This document shows positions 40,840-51,595 of a stretch of 64,000 nt of DNA, in pieces. Every line of letters starts with the position of its first letter. The stretch's first letter is position 1. The translations under genes were made by a program, and so were the position numbers. Below the pieces are notes generated by a model. It did no database searches. It had not been told where the DNA came from and was given only the letters and a program-made list of their open reading frames with translations. The stretch comes from an uncultured Thiomicrospira sp. Lineage in GTDB: Bacteria; Pseudomonadota; Gammaproteobacteria; CAKMZV01. The stretch covers positions 512,001-576,000 of the forward strand of contig OZ239628.1 of NCBI GenBank assembly GCA_965195345.1, in the 5' to 3' direction.

Positions 40840-41136
40840 ATGCAGTTAAATATTACGGGACAGCACATTACAGTTTCTTCGCCATTAAAGGCACACGTTC
40901 AAGAAAAAATGAAGCGACTTGAGAACCATTTTGATGCTGTGACAAATGCACATGTTGTTTTAAAAATCGAAAAGTCTGAACAAATTGCTGAAGCGACAGT
41001 GCACGTTTCTGGTGCAGATTTATTTGCTCAATCACACAATTCAGATATGTACGTCGCCATTGATCAAATGGTATCAAAACTGGATAGTCAAATTATGAAG
41101 CACAAAAGCAGAATGCAATCACATAGAAAAGGATAA
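40840..41136 (+). CDS. hpf: Ribosome hibernation promoting factor (short HPF)
   Basis: MQLNITGQH, HVVL..EK....AEAT, DMY.AID....KL..Q..KHK; AGGAG RBS. Confidence 0.93.
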   Translation: MQLNITGQHITVSSPLKAHVQEKMKRLENHFDAVTNAHVVLKIEKSEQIAEATVHVSGADLFAQSHNSDMYVAIDQMVSKLDSQIMKHKSRMQSHRKG

Positions 41137-41143
41137 AGCCATT

Positions 41144-41800
41144 TTGGCAAACGATGCGAATTCAGTTGAAAAAGCCTTGAGAATACTCAAGGCTTTTTGC
41201 ATTGAACAACCTCATTTTCAGTTTACAGAATTAGTAAAGGAAAGTGGGTTTAATAAAACCACTGTACATAGATTGCTTAAAATTTTGGAGAACGAAGGTT
41301 TTGTGGTGCGTGATGTGGGTGGTAAGTATTTGCTTGGTCCACAGATGCATATGTTGAGTTTAGTTAATAAGGTTGAAGAGAGTATCGAAAAAAAAGTCCG
41401 CCCTATATTGTTTGATTTGGTGGAAAAAAGTGGTGAGACTGCTTCTTTTTTAGTAAGGGAAGGGGATATGGAAGTGTGTCAATTTTGTCAAAATTCTCGC
41501 AAAGCCCTCCGCCATCATATGGAAGAGGGTGAGCGTTTTTCTTTGAAAAACGGGCTATCTGCTAATATGCTGTTAGCCTTTACAGGTGATGACGAAGAGA
41601 GTGGATCATTGACGAAACAAAGTTACGGGTTTTCTATGGGGAATAGAGATCCTAATCTTGCCAGTGTGGCGGTTCCAGTTTTGCAGGGATCTTTGTGTCT
41701 TGGGGTGTTGGTAATATCAGGAATTAATGCGCGATTTACTCCTCGGTTTCAGAAAATGTGTGTGCAGTGGTTGCAAACAGCCTCAAAGAAAATTTGGTGA
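41144..41800 (+). CDS. IclR family transcriptional regulator
   Basis: SVEKAL.IL..F, HTH K.TVHRLL..LE..G, Y.LG, GET, ASVAVPV, ISG...RF. Confidence 0.9.
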   Translation: MANDANSVEKALRILKAFCIEQPHFQFTELVKESGFNKTTVHRLLKILENEGFVVRDVGGKYLLGPQMHMLSLVNKVEESIEKKVRPILFDLVEKSGETASFLVREGDMEVCQFCQNSRKALRHHMEEGERFSLKNGLSANMLLAFTGDDEESGSLTKQSYGFSMGNRDPNLASVAVPVLQGSLCLGVLVISGINARFTPRFQKMCVQWLQTASKKIW

Positions 41801-41848
41801 TTTTTTGATGCTCTCTTCCAATGAAGATGATGCGTTTACAATGTAAGT

Positions 41849-43105
41849 CTACCCTTCCTGTAAAGCGTTCTGCCACCCTCTCCTAATTGGATTAATGAGG
41901 TAGTTTAAAATGGTCTTTTTGCCGGTTAGTATGTCAACTTGAGAAAGCATTCCGGGAATAATGGGATTGCTAGGACCGAAATTGGTTTTATTAACCTTAA
42001 TTTTAGCAGTATAGAAAAACTCCCCCCGATTATCGTTTGAACTATCAGGACTTAGAGCAATAATTATTCCATCAAGGGAGCCAAAAACTGCAAAATCATA
42101 AGCACTAACTTTGGCTTTCACTTCTTGACCAAGCCAGACATCAGCACGATCTTTTGCCTTAATCTTTGCTTCGATGATTAAAGTATCATCAAGAGGGGTT
42201 ATATCTGCCAGTGAATCACCAGGTTTAATAATCCCGCCTTGTGTGTTTATAAATAATTGGTTTACTATCCCATTGACAGGCGAGAGGATTTCTTCTCTTG
42301 ACTGACGTTCAGCTCCAGCTTTTTGCTGCTCAAGAATTTTATCCAAATCAAGTTGATCCGTATTAAGTTCTTCTTGCAGCTTTAGTTGGTAGTTTGAAAT
42401 ATTTTGCGAATAACGGCTTTTAGCCTCGTTAATCTCAGCTTTAGCCGAAGGGATGGTTGCTTGAGACGCTTCTAATCGGGTTCGAATGGCTTGAATCCTC
42501 TGTTTAGTAGATAAAATTTCTCTTTTGGAGACAGCACCACTTTTTTCCAATTGTTTAATGAGCTCATAATCTTCTTGAGCAAATTTCAATTCGCGATTTA
42601 AGTTTTGAACTCGTATACGTTCTTCTTCAAGTTTCAGTTGTTTATGCCCTACAGAGTCTTTTAAAACACGTTGTTGGTTTTCGAAGTTTCTTTGTTGTGA
42701 ATGCATCAATTTAAGTTCGTTTGAAACCATCTCAGGGCTTTTTTCTTCAATGTATTTCGGGAAGTGGATCTCTTTTTTGTTCGCCAACTGAACCTTAATG
42801 CGGACTATTCGAGCTTCCAATGCGATTTTCTCTATATCAAGCGTCTGTAATTGAGCCTTAGCTGAGGAGTTACTGATGCGGAATAGCGGTTGGTTTATAT
42901 TGACAATATCCCCTTCAGCAACAAGAATTTCGGAAACAATGCCTCCTTCAAGATGTTGTATCTGTTTATTTTGCCCACTAGGAATAACGCGTCCTTCTGC
43001 ACGAACCACTTGTTCGATCTCCATAAACGAAGACCATGCAACAAAACTGAAGACAAAAAGTGCTAATAACCAAATAGTGACACTAGGAATTTTATTATTA
43101 ATCAT
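41849..43105 (-). CDS. Type I secretion membrane fusion protein (HlyD family)
   Basis: N-terminal TM, G.VIP....IQHLEGGIV, coiled coil, SPVNG.V, AYDF..FG.L.G, PGM....I.TGKKT. Confidence 0.95.
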   Translation of the reverse strand: MINNKIPSVTIWLLALFVFSFVAWSSFMEIEQVVRAEGRVIPSGQNKQIQHLEGGIVSEILVAEGDIVNINQPLFRISNSSAKAQLQTLDIEKIALEARIVRIKVQLANKKEIHFPKYIEEKSPEMVSNELKLMHSQQRNFENQQRVLKDSVGHKQLKLEEERIRVQNLNRELKFAQEDYELIKQLEKSGAVSKREILSTKQRIQAIRTRLEASQATIPSAKAEINEAKSRYSQNISNYQLKLQEELNTDQLDLDKILEQQKAGAERQSREEILSPVNGIVNQLFINTQGGIIKPGDSLADITPLDDTLIIEAKIKAKDRADVWLGQEVKAKVSAYDFAVFGSLDGIIIALSPDSSNDNRGEFFYTAKIKVNKTNFGPSNPIIPGMLSQVDILTGKKTILNYLINPIRRGWQNALQEG

Positions 43106-43108
43106 AAT

Positions 43109-45319
43109 CTATAGATTATCAGTCCATGTTTGATGTTGTTTGTTTGATTTTTTAAATGCTTTCTTTAAAATTTCATCGCGTGGACCATCAGCAACTATTT
43201 GCCCTTTTTCCAAGATGATCATTCGCTCGGCGAGCGCGAATAAATCAGGGCGATGCGAAACGATAATCATGGTTTGATTCTTCATTCGTTTGCGCAAATA
43301 GTCGATTACACGTGCTTCTAAAATGGAATCCATGCCCGCAGTCGGTTCATCAAGAAGGTATACAGCATGATCATAAGCAAGCGCACGTAATAATGCGACC
43401 ATTTGACGTTGACCACCTGATAACCTTGATCCTTGCTCACCAATTTCAAAGGCAAGTCCTCCTCCTGAAATTTCGTCTAACAGCAACTGATCGAGTCCGA
43501 AATGGGTTAACATTTCGCTCAGATAAGATTCTTTTTGGGCGCGCGTGCCAAGATCAATATTACTATGGACTGTTCCAGAAAAGAAAGCAGGTGATTGAGT
43601 CATGAGCGATACTTGACGATGCAGCTCAAATGGATGCAAGTCAGCAATGTTATAGTTGTCAAGGTAGATGTTGCCCTGTTCTGTTTTTTCAAGATTTGCT
43701 AACAAGCGCAATAAAGTGCTTTTCCCAGCGCCACTTCGACCAGCAATGATGACATGTTCGCCAGGACGGATATGCAAATTAATTTTTTTCAAGCTGTTTT
43801 GAGAATTACCTGAATAGTTAAAATCAACGTCTTTAATAAGGATATTGCCTGTATATTTTCCTTTAGAGACCATCGACCCAACTGTGTCGTAATCGCTACT
43901 TTGACGTAAAGTTTGTCGCCACTGCTTAAGCATTGGCATTGCAGTATAAAACCGCACCACGGCATTACCAAAATTAACCATAGGTAAGATCGCACGTGCA
44001 GATAATATGGAACATGCTATTAGTCCACCTAGGCTAAGTTGTTTTTCAAAGATTTGAAACGCGCCAACTATAATGACTAATACACTCACCGATTGTACAA
44101 GCAGAGGCGTTGCATGCCCTAGGCTGCCATTCCACATTTGAGACTTGCGTGTGATTAAAATGCCTTTTTTAACTTGGGTACTCCAACGATACAAAAATTT
44201 TGCAAAGGCATTGGCAATTTTTATGTTCTCTTTACCTTGTAATGTTTCGATTAAAAAACTCTCTCTTTCTTTTCTTAGGGTATAGTTTTTTTTCCCCAGA
44301 CTGACGATGGGGTAGTGGTGTATCACATTCAAAACAAAAATTCCAAAGCCAACCGCAATAGGAACCAAGACCAAAATAGGGGATATTAGATAAATAACGA
44401 ACAGAAAGAGCAGAACAAATGGTGCCTCTATCAACTCAACGATCATTTTCCCGAAAAAAGCAGCACGAAAATTTTGCATTTCATGGAACATCTCAGTGTT
44501 TACTCCAACGCCTGAAGAAAGCGCACGATTTTGCCCAAGAATTTTTCGTAGAAGTTGTACGTCAATAGACTCACCAATGCGCGCTGACAAATTCTCAAGA
44601 AGGTGTTGTCTGGATATTCGAAATATATAATCAAGCACGAAAATAATACATATGCCAGACGCCAATACCCAGAGTGTTTCTGTCGCCGCATTGGGAACGA
44701 CTTTATCGTATACATTCATACTGAATAATGGCAATGCCAACTGGAATAGACTAATTACCGATGTGGCAACCAGCACTTCAAACAGGGTGCGCAATAATTT
44801 TTTGTCGATTAGTGCGCTTAGTCCAGTGGTGTCGGGGAGCGTTAAAACTTCAACATTAGGCTCAAGGGTGAGTACTTGATTAGCAAACTGAGTTTGCAAC
44901 TCGCTAAGAGTAACGCGCTTGTGTGTTATTTTTTCGTCGTTATCCAGCTCAGAAAGAATGGACTCATTTTCTTCAAATGCTAAAAGTGTTATAGCAGAGC
45001 CATTATTTAAAAATAGAAGTGCTGGTAGAGAAATTTCTTTTAGTCGCTCCCAAGTGCAAGATTGTAAGTCGGTTTTGAATCCTAACTGGGCTGCAACCGA
45101 AATGATATCCTGAATTTCAAAAGGTTCACCACCCTCTGGCTTTTGCGCCATATGATAGATTTCATCCGTTGATATTGAGTAATGATGACTGGCAAATAAG
45201 CAGTGAGCTGATTCAAGAAAGTTCGTTGGATCAATGTTTGACAATGACTCATCCACAACGACTTCGGCAACAATAGAATCTTCAGGTAGTTGATCCGATT
45301 GTTTTTTAATTTGGATCAT
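43109..45319 (-). CDS. Type I secretion ABC transporter with N-terminal C39-like domain (LapB/LssB-like)
   Basis: PLF.MNVYD.VVPN.A..TL, Walker A GRSGAGKST, LSGGQRQ, LLDEPT, SHR. Confidence 0.94.
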   Translation of the reverse strand: MIQIKKQSDQLPEDSIVAEVVVDESLSNIDPTNFLESAHCLFASHHYSISTDEIYHMAQKPEGGEPFEIQDIISVAAQLGFKTDLQSCTWERLKEISLPALLFLNNGSAITLLAFEENESILSELDNDEKITHKRVTLSELQTQFANQVLTLEPNVEVLTLPDTTGLSALIDKKLLRTLFEVLVATSVISLFQLALPLFSMNVYDKVVPNAATETLWVLASGICIIFVLDYIFRISRQHLLENLSARIGESIDVQLLRKILGQNRALSSGVGVNTEMFHEMQNFRAAFFGKMIVELIEAPFVLLFLFVIYLISPILVLVPIAVGFGIFVLNVIHHYPIVSLGKKNYTLRKERESFLIETLQGKENIKIANAFAKFLYRWSTQVKKGILITRKSQMWNGSLGHATPLLVQSVSVLVIIVGAFQIFEKQLSLGGLIACSILSARAILPMVNFGNAVVRFYTAMPMLKQWRQTLRQSSDYDTVGSMVSKGKYTGNILIKDVDFNYSGNSQNSLKKINLHIRPGEHVIIAGRSGAGKSTLLRLLANLEKTEQGNIYLDNYNIADLHPFELHRQVSLMTQSPAFFSGTVHSNIDLGTRAQKESYLSEMLTHFGLDQLLLDEISGGGLAFEIGEQGSRLSGGQRQMVALLRALAYDHAVYLLDEPTAGMDSILEARVIDYLRKRMKNQTMIIVSHRPDLFALAERMIILEKGQIVADGPRDEILKKAFKKSNKQHQTWTDNL

Positions 45320-45353
45320 AAGGATTTATACCGTCAGCAATAGTAAGCTCCTC

Positions 45354-45491
45354 TTAGTATGTTTTTTCATACGTATGGCTTTGGTTTTTACTTGATTCTT
45401 CCGACTCTGGCGAGGATTCAAGAGGCGTTTTATGTGCACACGCGCTTAAAATTAGGAGGTGGAAAATGTAAAGTAGCATCAAATGTTTCAT
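45354..45491 (-). CDS. Un-annotated 45-aa predicted lipoprotein upstream of the T1SS genes
   Basis: Manual translation MKHLMLLYIFHLLILSACAHKTPLESSPESEESSKNQSHTYEKTY*; lipobox LSA-C; stop 34 bp before the ABC gene start. Confidence 0.6.
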   Translation of the reverse strand: MKHLMLLYIFHLLILSACAHKTPLESSPESEESSKNQSHTYEKTY

Positions 45492-45583
45492 ATTACAGGG
45501 ATTTTGAATCAAGTATAATTGAATGTCTATTTTAATTGATAACCAATTCAGTTTGCTGTATAAAAACTAGACCACTCTTGATT

Positions 45584-46306
45584 ATGCAAAAACCCTACTA
45601 TATTTTCCTTTACATCTTCGGCTTATTGGCTTTGTCTTCATGTACGAAAACGTTTACAAATGAAGAATATCCCTCGTCCTCCACAGAGAGTTATGTTATT
45701 GAGTTCCATAGTCTATGGAATCCGGACAGTGGGCATAATTTTGAAAAATTTCCTTCAAGCGCTCACTTTAGCCCTCCTGTAGTCGTTAGTCATAACAAAG
45801 CCGTTGAATTTTGGAAAGAGGGTGAATTAGCCAGTAAAGGTGTAGAACGAATTGCCGAAATTGGCAGAACCAGAGAGTTTGGGAAGGAAGTAAGAGTGGC
45901 TAATGAGAATGGGATGGTTCTGCAGTTTGAAAGAGAGGGTTCTTTTGACTGGGACGAGACTGAAAGTATGCTTATAAAGGTGAGTGATGAGTTTCATTTT
46001 ATCAGTGTTCTCAGTATGATAGCGCCGAGCCCTGATTGGTTTGTTGGCTTAAATGGGTTGGATATGAAAGACGAGGACGGTCGCTGGAAAGATTATGTGG
46101 AATGCCAGCTCTTGGGCTATGATGCCGGCACAGAAGAAGGAACGAGTTACGATCTTGATAATCTTGAAAGCAATCCTTTGCAAAAAATACATAAGCTTTC
46201 CGATGATGTTTCCCTTAAGGCTCGAGGAATTATTTTACAAGAGCCGTATTTATTATTGAAAATCAAACGGGTCGGCTCTACGGAAGAGGTTCCTTCGGAT
46301 TGTTAA
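45584..46306 (+). CDS. Spondin_N domain lipoprotein (likely start ATG 45584)
   Basis: Lipobox LSS-C; HFSP....H, W..G..AS.G....AE.G, SMIAPSPDWFVG, YDAGTE. Confidence 0.88.
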   Translation: MQKPYYIFLYIFGLLALSSCTKTFTNEEYPSSSTESYVIEFHSLWNPDSGHNFEKFPSSAHFSPPVVVSHNKAVEFWKEGELASKGVERIAEIGRTREFGKEVRVANENGMVLQFEREGSFDWDETESMLIKVSDEFHFISVLSMIAPSPDWFVGLNGLDMKDEDGRWKDYVECQLLGYDAGTEEGTSYDLDNLESNPLQKIHKLSDDVSLKARGIILQEPYLLLKIKRVGSTEEVPSDC

Positions 46307-46311
46307 AAAAC

Positions 46312-46340
46312 TTGACTATCCAGTGTTTTCTGGTTAGAAT
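46312..46340 (+). promoter_or_regulatory. Sigma-70 promoter of rplM-rpsI
   Basis: TTGACT-N17-TAGAAT followed by GC-rich discriminator GCCCGCC; leader hairpin at 46353-46376. Confidence 0.8.
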
Positions 46341-46403
46341 GCCCGCCTTTCTTAATCCTTGGTTTAACGAGGATTATCACTTAATTTAATAGAGATTAGT
46401 AAA

Positions 46404-46841
46404 ATGATTGGAAAACGTTCTTACGTTGCCACAACCGAAACGATTACTCGCGACTGGTATGTCGTTGATGCAACTGGAAAAACCTTAGGAAGGCTGGCTA
46501 CAGAGTTAGCGGCGCGTTTACGCGGAAAGCATCGTCCATATTACACCCCTGGTGTAGATTGTGGGGATTTCCTTGTTGTCATCAATGCCGACAAAGTAGC
46601 TGTAACAGGTAATAAAGCCACCAATAAGATGTATTATCGTTATACGGGTTATGTTGGAAACATGAAGGAAATGAGCTTTGAGAAGATGATGCAAAAAGAC
46701 TCTTGCAAAGTTCTTGAATTGGCGGTTAAAGGTATGTTGCCAAGAGGACCTCTTGGTCGACAACAACTTAGAAACTTGAAAGTATATCCTGAAAGTGCTC
46801 ATCCACACGAAGCGCAGGAACCGATTGAGTTGACGTTATAA
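46404..46841 (+). CDS. rplM: 50S ribosomal protein L13
   Basis: WYVVDA.GK.LGRLA, LRGKH...YTP..D.GD, GMLP.GPLGR, HPH.AQ. Confidence 0.98.
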   Translation: MIGKRSYVATTETITRDWYVVDATGKTLGRLATELAARLRGKHRPYYTPGVDCGDFLVVINADKVAVTGNKATNKMYYRYTGYVGNMKEMSFEKMMQKDSCKVLELAVKGMLPRGPLGRQQLRNLKVYPESAHPHEAQEPIELTL

Positions 46842-46865
46842 AACGAATACAGATAGAGATATTTT

Positions 46866-47252
46866 ATGGAACAAATTTTTGCAACTGGTCGTCGTAAAAG
46901 TGCAGTAGCTCGAGTTAGAGTTAAACTTGGCGAAGGAAAAATCATCATCAATCATCGCGAACAAGCCGTTTATTTTGGTCGTGAAACTGATCGGATGATT
47001 ATTCGTCAGCCCTTAGAGTCAGTTGATTTAATGGGCAAGTTTGACATTCATGTGAATGTGAACGGAGGTGGTAGCACTGGGCAAGCTGGTGCGATTAGAC
47101 ACGGTATAGCCAGAGCATTGCTTGGTTATGACGAAACTCTAAAAAGCTCATTACGCAAAAGTGGTTTTATTACGCGTGATGCGCGTGAAGTAGAACGTAA
47201 AAAAGTAGGATTGCGAAAAGCTAGAAAACGGCCTCAATTCTCGAAACGTTAA
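46866..47252 (+). CDS. rpsI: 30S ribosomal protein S9
   Basis: [40 protein letters not shown]. Confidence 0.98.
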   Translation: MEQIFATGRRKSAVARVRVKLGEGKIIINHREQAVYFGRETDRMIIRQPLESVDLMGKFDIHVNVNGGGSTGQAGAIRHGIARALLGYDETLKSSLRKSGFITRDAREVERKKVGLRKARKRPQFSKR

Positions 47253-47293
47253 TGCTTTCGAATTAGAGATTGCAAACTACAAATCGATTTCTG

Positions 47294-47320
47294 AAAACGC
47301 GACTTATGGTCGCGTTTTTT
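47294..47320 (+). terminator. Rho-independent terminator after rpsI
   Basis: AAAACGCGAC-ttatg-GTCGCGTTTTTT. Confidence 0.88.
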
Positions 47321-47358
47321 GTTAGAGTGACTATAAAATCTCATGGATAATACTGGCA

Positions 47359-48180
47359 ATGATTCAATTTCGTAAGATGCATGGACTTGGTAATGATTTT
47401 ATGGTGGTTGATGCCATCAACCAATCATTTCATCCTGACGTGGCTGTCATAAGAAAATTAGCAGATAGACGTTTAGGTATTGGTTTTGATCAATTGCTTT
47501 TGGTAGAGCGTGCATTAACCTTTGATATTGACTTTCAATTTACGATTTTCAATGCGGATGGTTCAAAAGTAACACAGTGTGGGAATGGTGCGCGTTGTTT
47601 TGCTCGCTTTGTGTTTGAAAAAGGATTGACTGATAAACGGAAAATGCTGGTGAGCACTCAGTCAACAAAAATGACGCTTGACTTAGTGAGAAATGACTAC
47701 GTGAGCGTTGACATGGGGGAACCAATTTTTATTGTTGAAAAAATACCAGTGCAGCAGGGGGTAACGACTTTCTCTTTTGAAGGTGAAGAATACACTTTTT
47801 GTCCAATTGGAATGGGAAACCCTCATGCCATTATTTGGTTACCTCATATCGATGATATAGACATAGAACCTTTAGCAAGAGCCATGCAATCAAGTGAAAT
47901 ATTTCCTGATTCGGTTAATGTTGGTTTTGCACAAAAGGTTAGTGATTCGGTTATTAAATTGCGTGTTTATGAACGAGGAGCAGGCGAAACATACGCTTGC
48001 GGTAGTGGTGCTTGCGCAGCAGTAGTATCAGGAATACAAAAAAAAATATTGAGTGTTAATGTTGCAGTTGAATTAAGAGGAGGAAGACTTGATATTTGTT
48101 GGAATGGAATTGGGCAATCTGTTATTATGAGTGGCGAGGCAACTAACGTATACGATGGCACAATTGATTGTGCTAATTAG
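47359..48180 (+). CDS. dapF: Diaminopimelate epimerase
   Basis: KMHGLGNDF, NADGS...CGNG.RC, GNPH, ERGAGET.ACGSGACA. Confidence 0.97.
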   Translation: MIQFRKMHGLGNDFMVVDAINQSFHPDVAVIRKLADRRLGIGFDQLLLVERALTFDIDFQFTIFNADGSKVTQCGNGARCFARFVFEKGLTDKRKMLVSTQSTKMTLDLVRNDYVSVDMGEPIFIVEKIPVQQGVTTFSFEGEEYTFCPIGMGNPHAIIWLPHIDDIDIEPLARAMQSSEIFPDSVNVGFAQKVSDSVIKLRVYERGAGETYACGSGACAAVVSGIQKKILSVNVAVELRGGRLDICWNGIGQSVIMSGEATNVYDGTIDCAN

Positions 48181-48205
48181 AAAATAATTCTTGAGGAGAA
48201 CTTAA

Positions 48206-50074
<1,869 letters not shown>

Positions 50075-50227
50075 CTCAGAATCGCACTTTTTAGAAAAGA
50101 CATTAAGACTTTTAGGTAGGATGGTTTTTCTAGGATACGCTTTTTAATAGGCGTTTAGACATGCGTGTGTGATGATTCCAATTTGAGCACGGGATAATTA
50201 ATCCAGATTAGAATGCCGAGCTTTGTT

Positions 50228-51574
50228 TTATATACTTGGTCCCACTTTTAGCTTGCTGCCATCGCTAAAGCGTGAAAAGCGGAATCGCTTCATATTGTGT
50301 TCTATGGTTTTTCCAGCTGCCATGTGAGCAATTATTTTACCAAATCCAGGTCCTATACCAAAGCCATGACCACTCATACCAGTGGCTATGATTAGCCCAG
50401 TCAATGTAGGCGCACGGTCCACTATGGGGACTAAGTCAGGCATGGCATCGATCATTCCCGCCCATGCACTCGTTATAGGGATTTTTTCTTTTACGCATAA
50501 GTGAGGAAAGCGTAACCCAAATCGTTTTTGCATGACTTGTGTTTTCTGTGGAGCTGGTGATGGATTTAGTATTCTCATTTTTTCAAAAGGAGATATTTCA
50601 TCTCCTTTCCATTTTCGCACAGTGCTCCAACTATCTGGAAAGCCAGCAGGAGCCTGTCGATTTAAATGCAAGTCAGACCAACTTTTGGCTGCAGAAAATC
50701 TCCATTTCATGGCATTTCGAAGAGCATCGGGGCCCATAAAAAGCTCGATGAAGTCAGGAAGAGCAAGCGTATATCCACCGTCATTGCGTCGTCGAAAAGA
50801 CAATTGTTCATCGGCGGCATTGCCTTGCCAAATTTCAGGCAAGGGAGCGGTTTGTGCCACCGTTGCTCTTACAGCAAGCTGTGGAATGTTAATGTTTAAA
50901 TTTCTTAAGAACAATGACGACCAAGCTCCTGTTGCAAGCACTGCTTGCGTTGTTTTTATAAGACCTTGCTCGGTATGTAAACCGCATAGCGCTCCAGCAT
51001 TCGTCTCAACGCTGCGCACAGCACATTTTTCTATGATAACAACTCCTTCACGTTGCGCTAGTAAAGCGATTTCTTTCACAGCTTGCCATGGCTCTGCTCG
51101 TGCGTCATTTGGAGTGTGAATTGCCCCAAGCCATTGGTGCTGGTTAACTTTCAATAGAGAAGATATTTGCTTACTATTTAGTTCAACGCTATTAATTCCG
51201 TAATGTTGTGCTGTTTTCAGCCAGAGACGGCGTTGAATTAATTTTTTTTCACTGCTTGCTAAATACATCAAGCCACCACGTTTAAAACCTGTTTTTCCGC
51301 CAGTCTCACGTTCTGTTTCTTCCCATAGTTTTAGAGCATCATTCATAATAGGAATTTCGTCCTCATCACGACCTTGTTGACGAATCCACCCCCAGTTGCG
51401 CGATGATTGTTCACAAGCAATTAGCCCTTTCTCTAGCAGGACGACCTTCAGTCCCAATCGATTCATAAAAAGCGCTGAGAATACGCCAATAACACCGCCA
51501 CCAATGACAACGACATCGGCACTATCTGAGAGTTTGCCTGAAAAATGGATTGAATTACTGGATGATGGAATCAT
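50228..51574 (-). CDS. FAD-dependent oxidoreductase, D-amino acid oxidase/deaminase family (minus strand; track label '+' is wrong)
   Basis: Reverse complement from 51574 reads ATG ATT CCA TCA (MIPSS..); GGGVIG, EQSSRNWGW.R.QGR, WAG.ID..PD..P, G.SGHGFG.GP. Confidence 0.9.
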   Translation of the reverse strand: MIPSSSNSIHFSGKLSDSADVVVIGGGVIGVFSALFMNRLGLKVVLLEKGLIACEQSSRNWGWIRQQGRDEDEIPIMNDALKLWEETERETGGKTGFKRGGLMYLASSEKKLIQRRLWLKTAQHYGINSVELNSKQISSLLKVNQHQWLGAIHTPNDARAEPWQAVKEIALLAQREGVVIIEKCAVRSVETNAGALCGLHTEQGLIKTTQAVLATGAWSSLFLRNLNINIPQLAVRATVAQTAPLPEIWQGNAADEQLSFRRRNDGGYTLALPDFIELFMGPDALRNAMKWRFSAAKSWSDLHLNRQAPAGFPDSWSTVRKWKGDEISPFEKMRILNPSPAPQKTQVMQKRFGLRFPHLCVKEKIPITSAWAGMIDAMPDLVPIVDRAPTLTGLIIATGMSGHGFGIGPGFGKIIAHMAAGKTIEHNMKRFRFSRFSDGSKLKVGPSI

Positions 51575-51595
51575 TTTTAGCCATTAATTTGGAAA

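Noticed and set aside
50532-51119. 195-aa plus-strand ORF and the many other 60-125 aa overlapping ORFs in the track
   Set aside because: They are antisense or off-frame shadows of well-supported genes, with no recognisable motifs.
50228-51574. ORF track lists the FAD oxidoreductase on the + strand
   Set aside because: The given protein is encoded by the reverse complement (CAT at 51572-51574, TTA at 50228-50230); annotated as minus.
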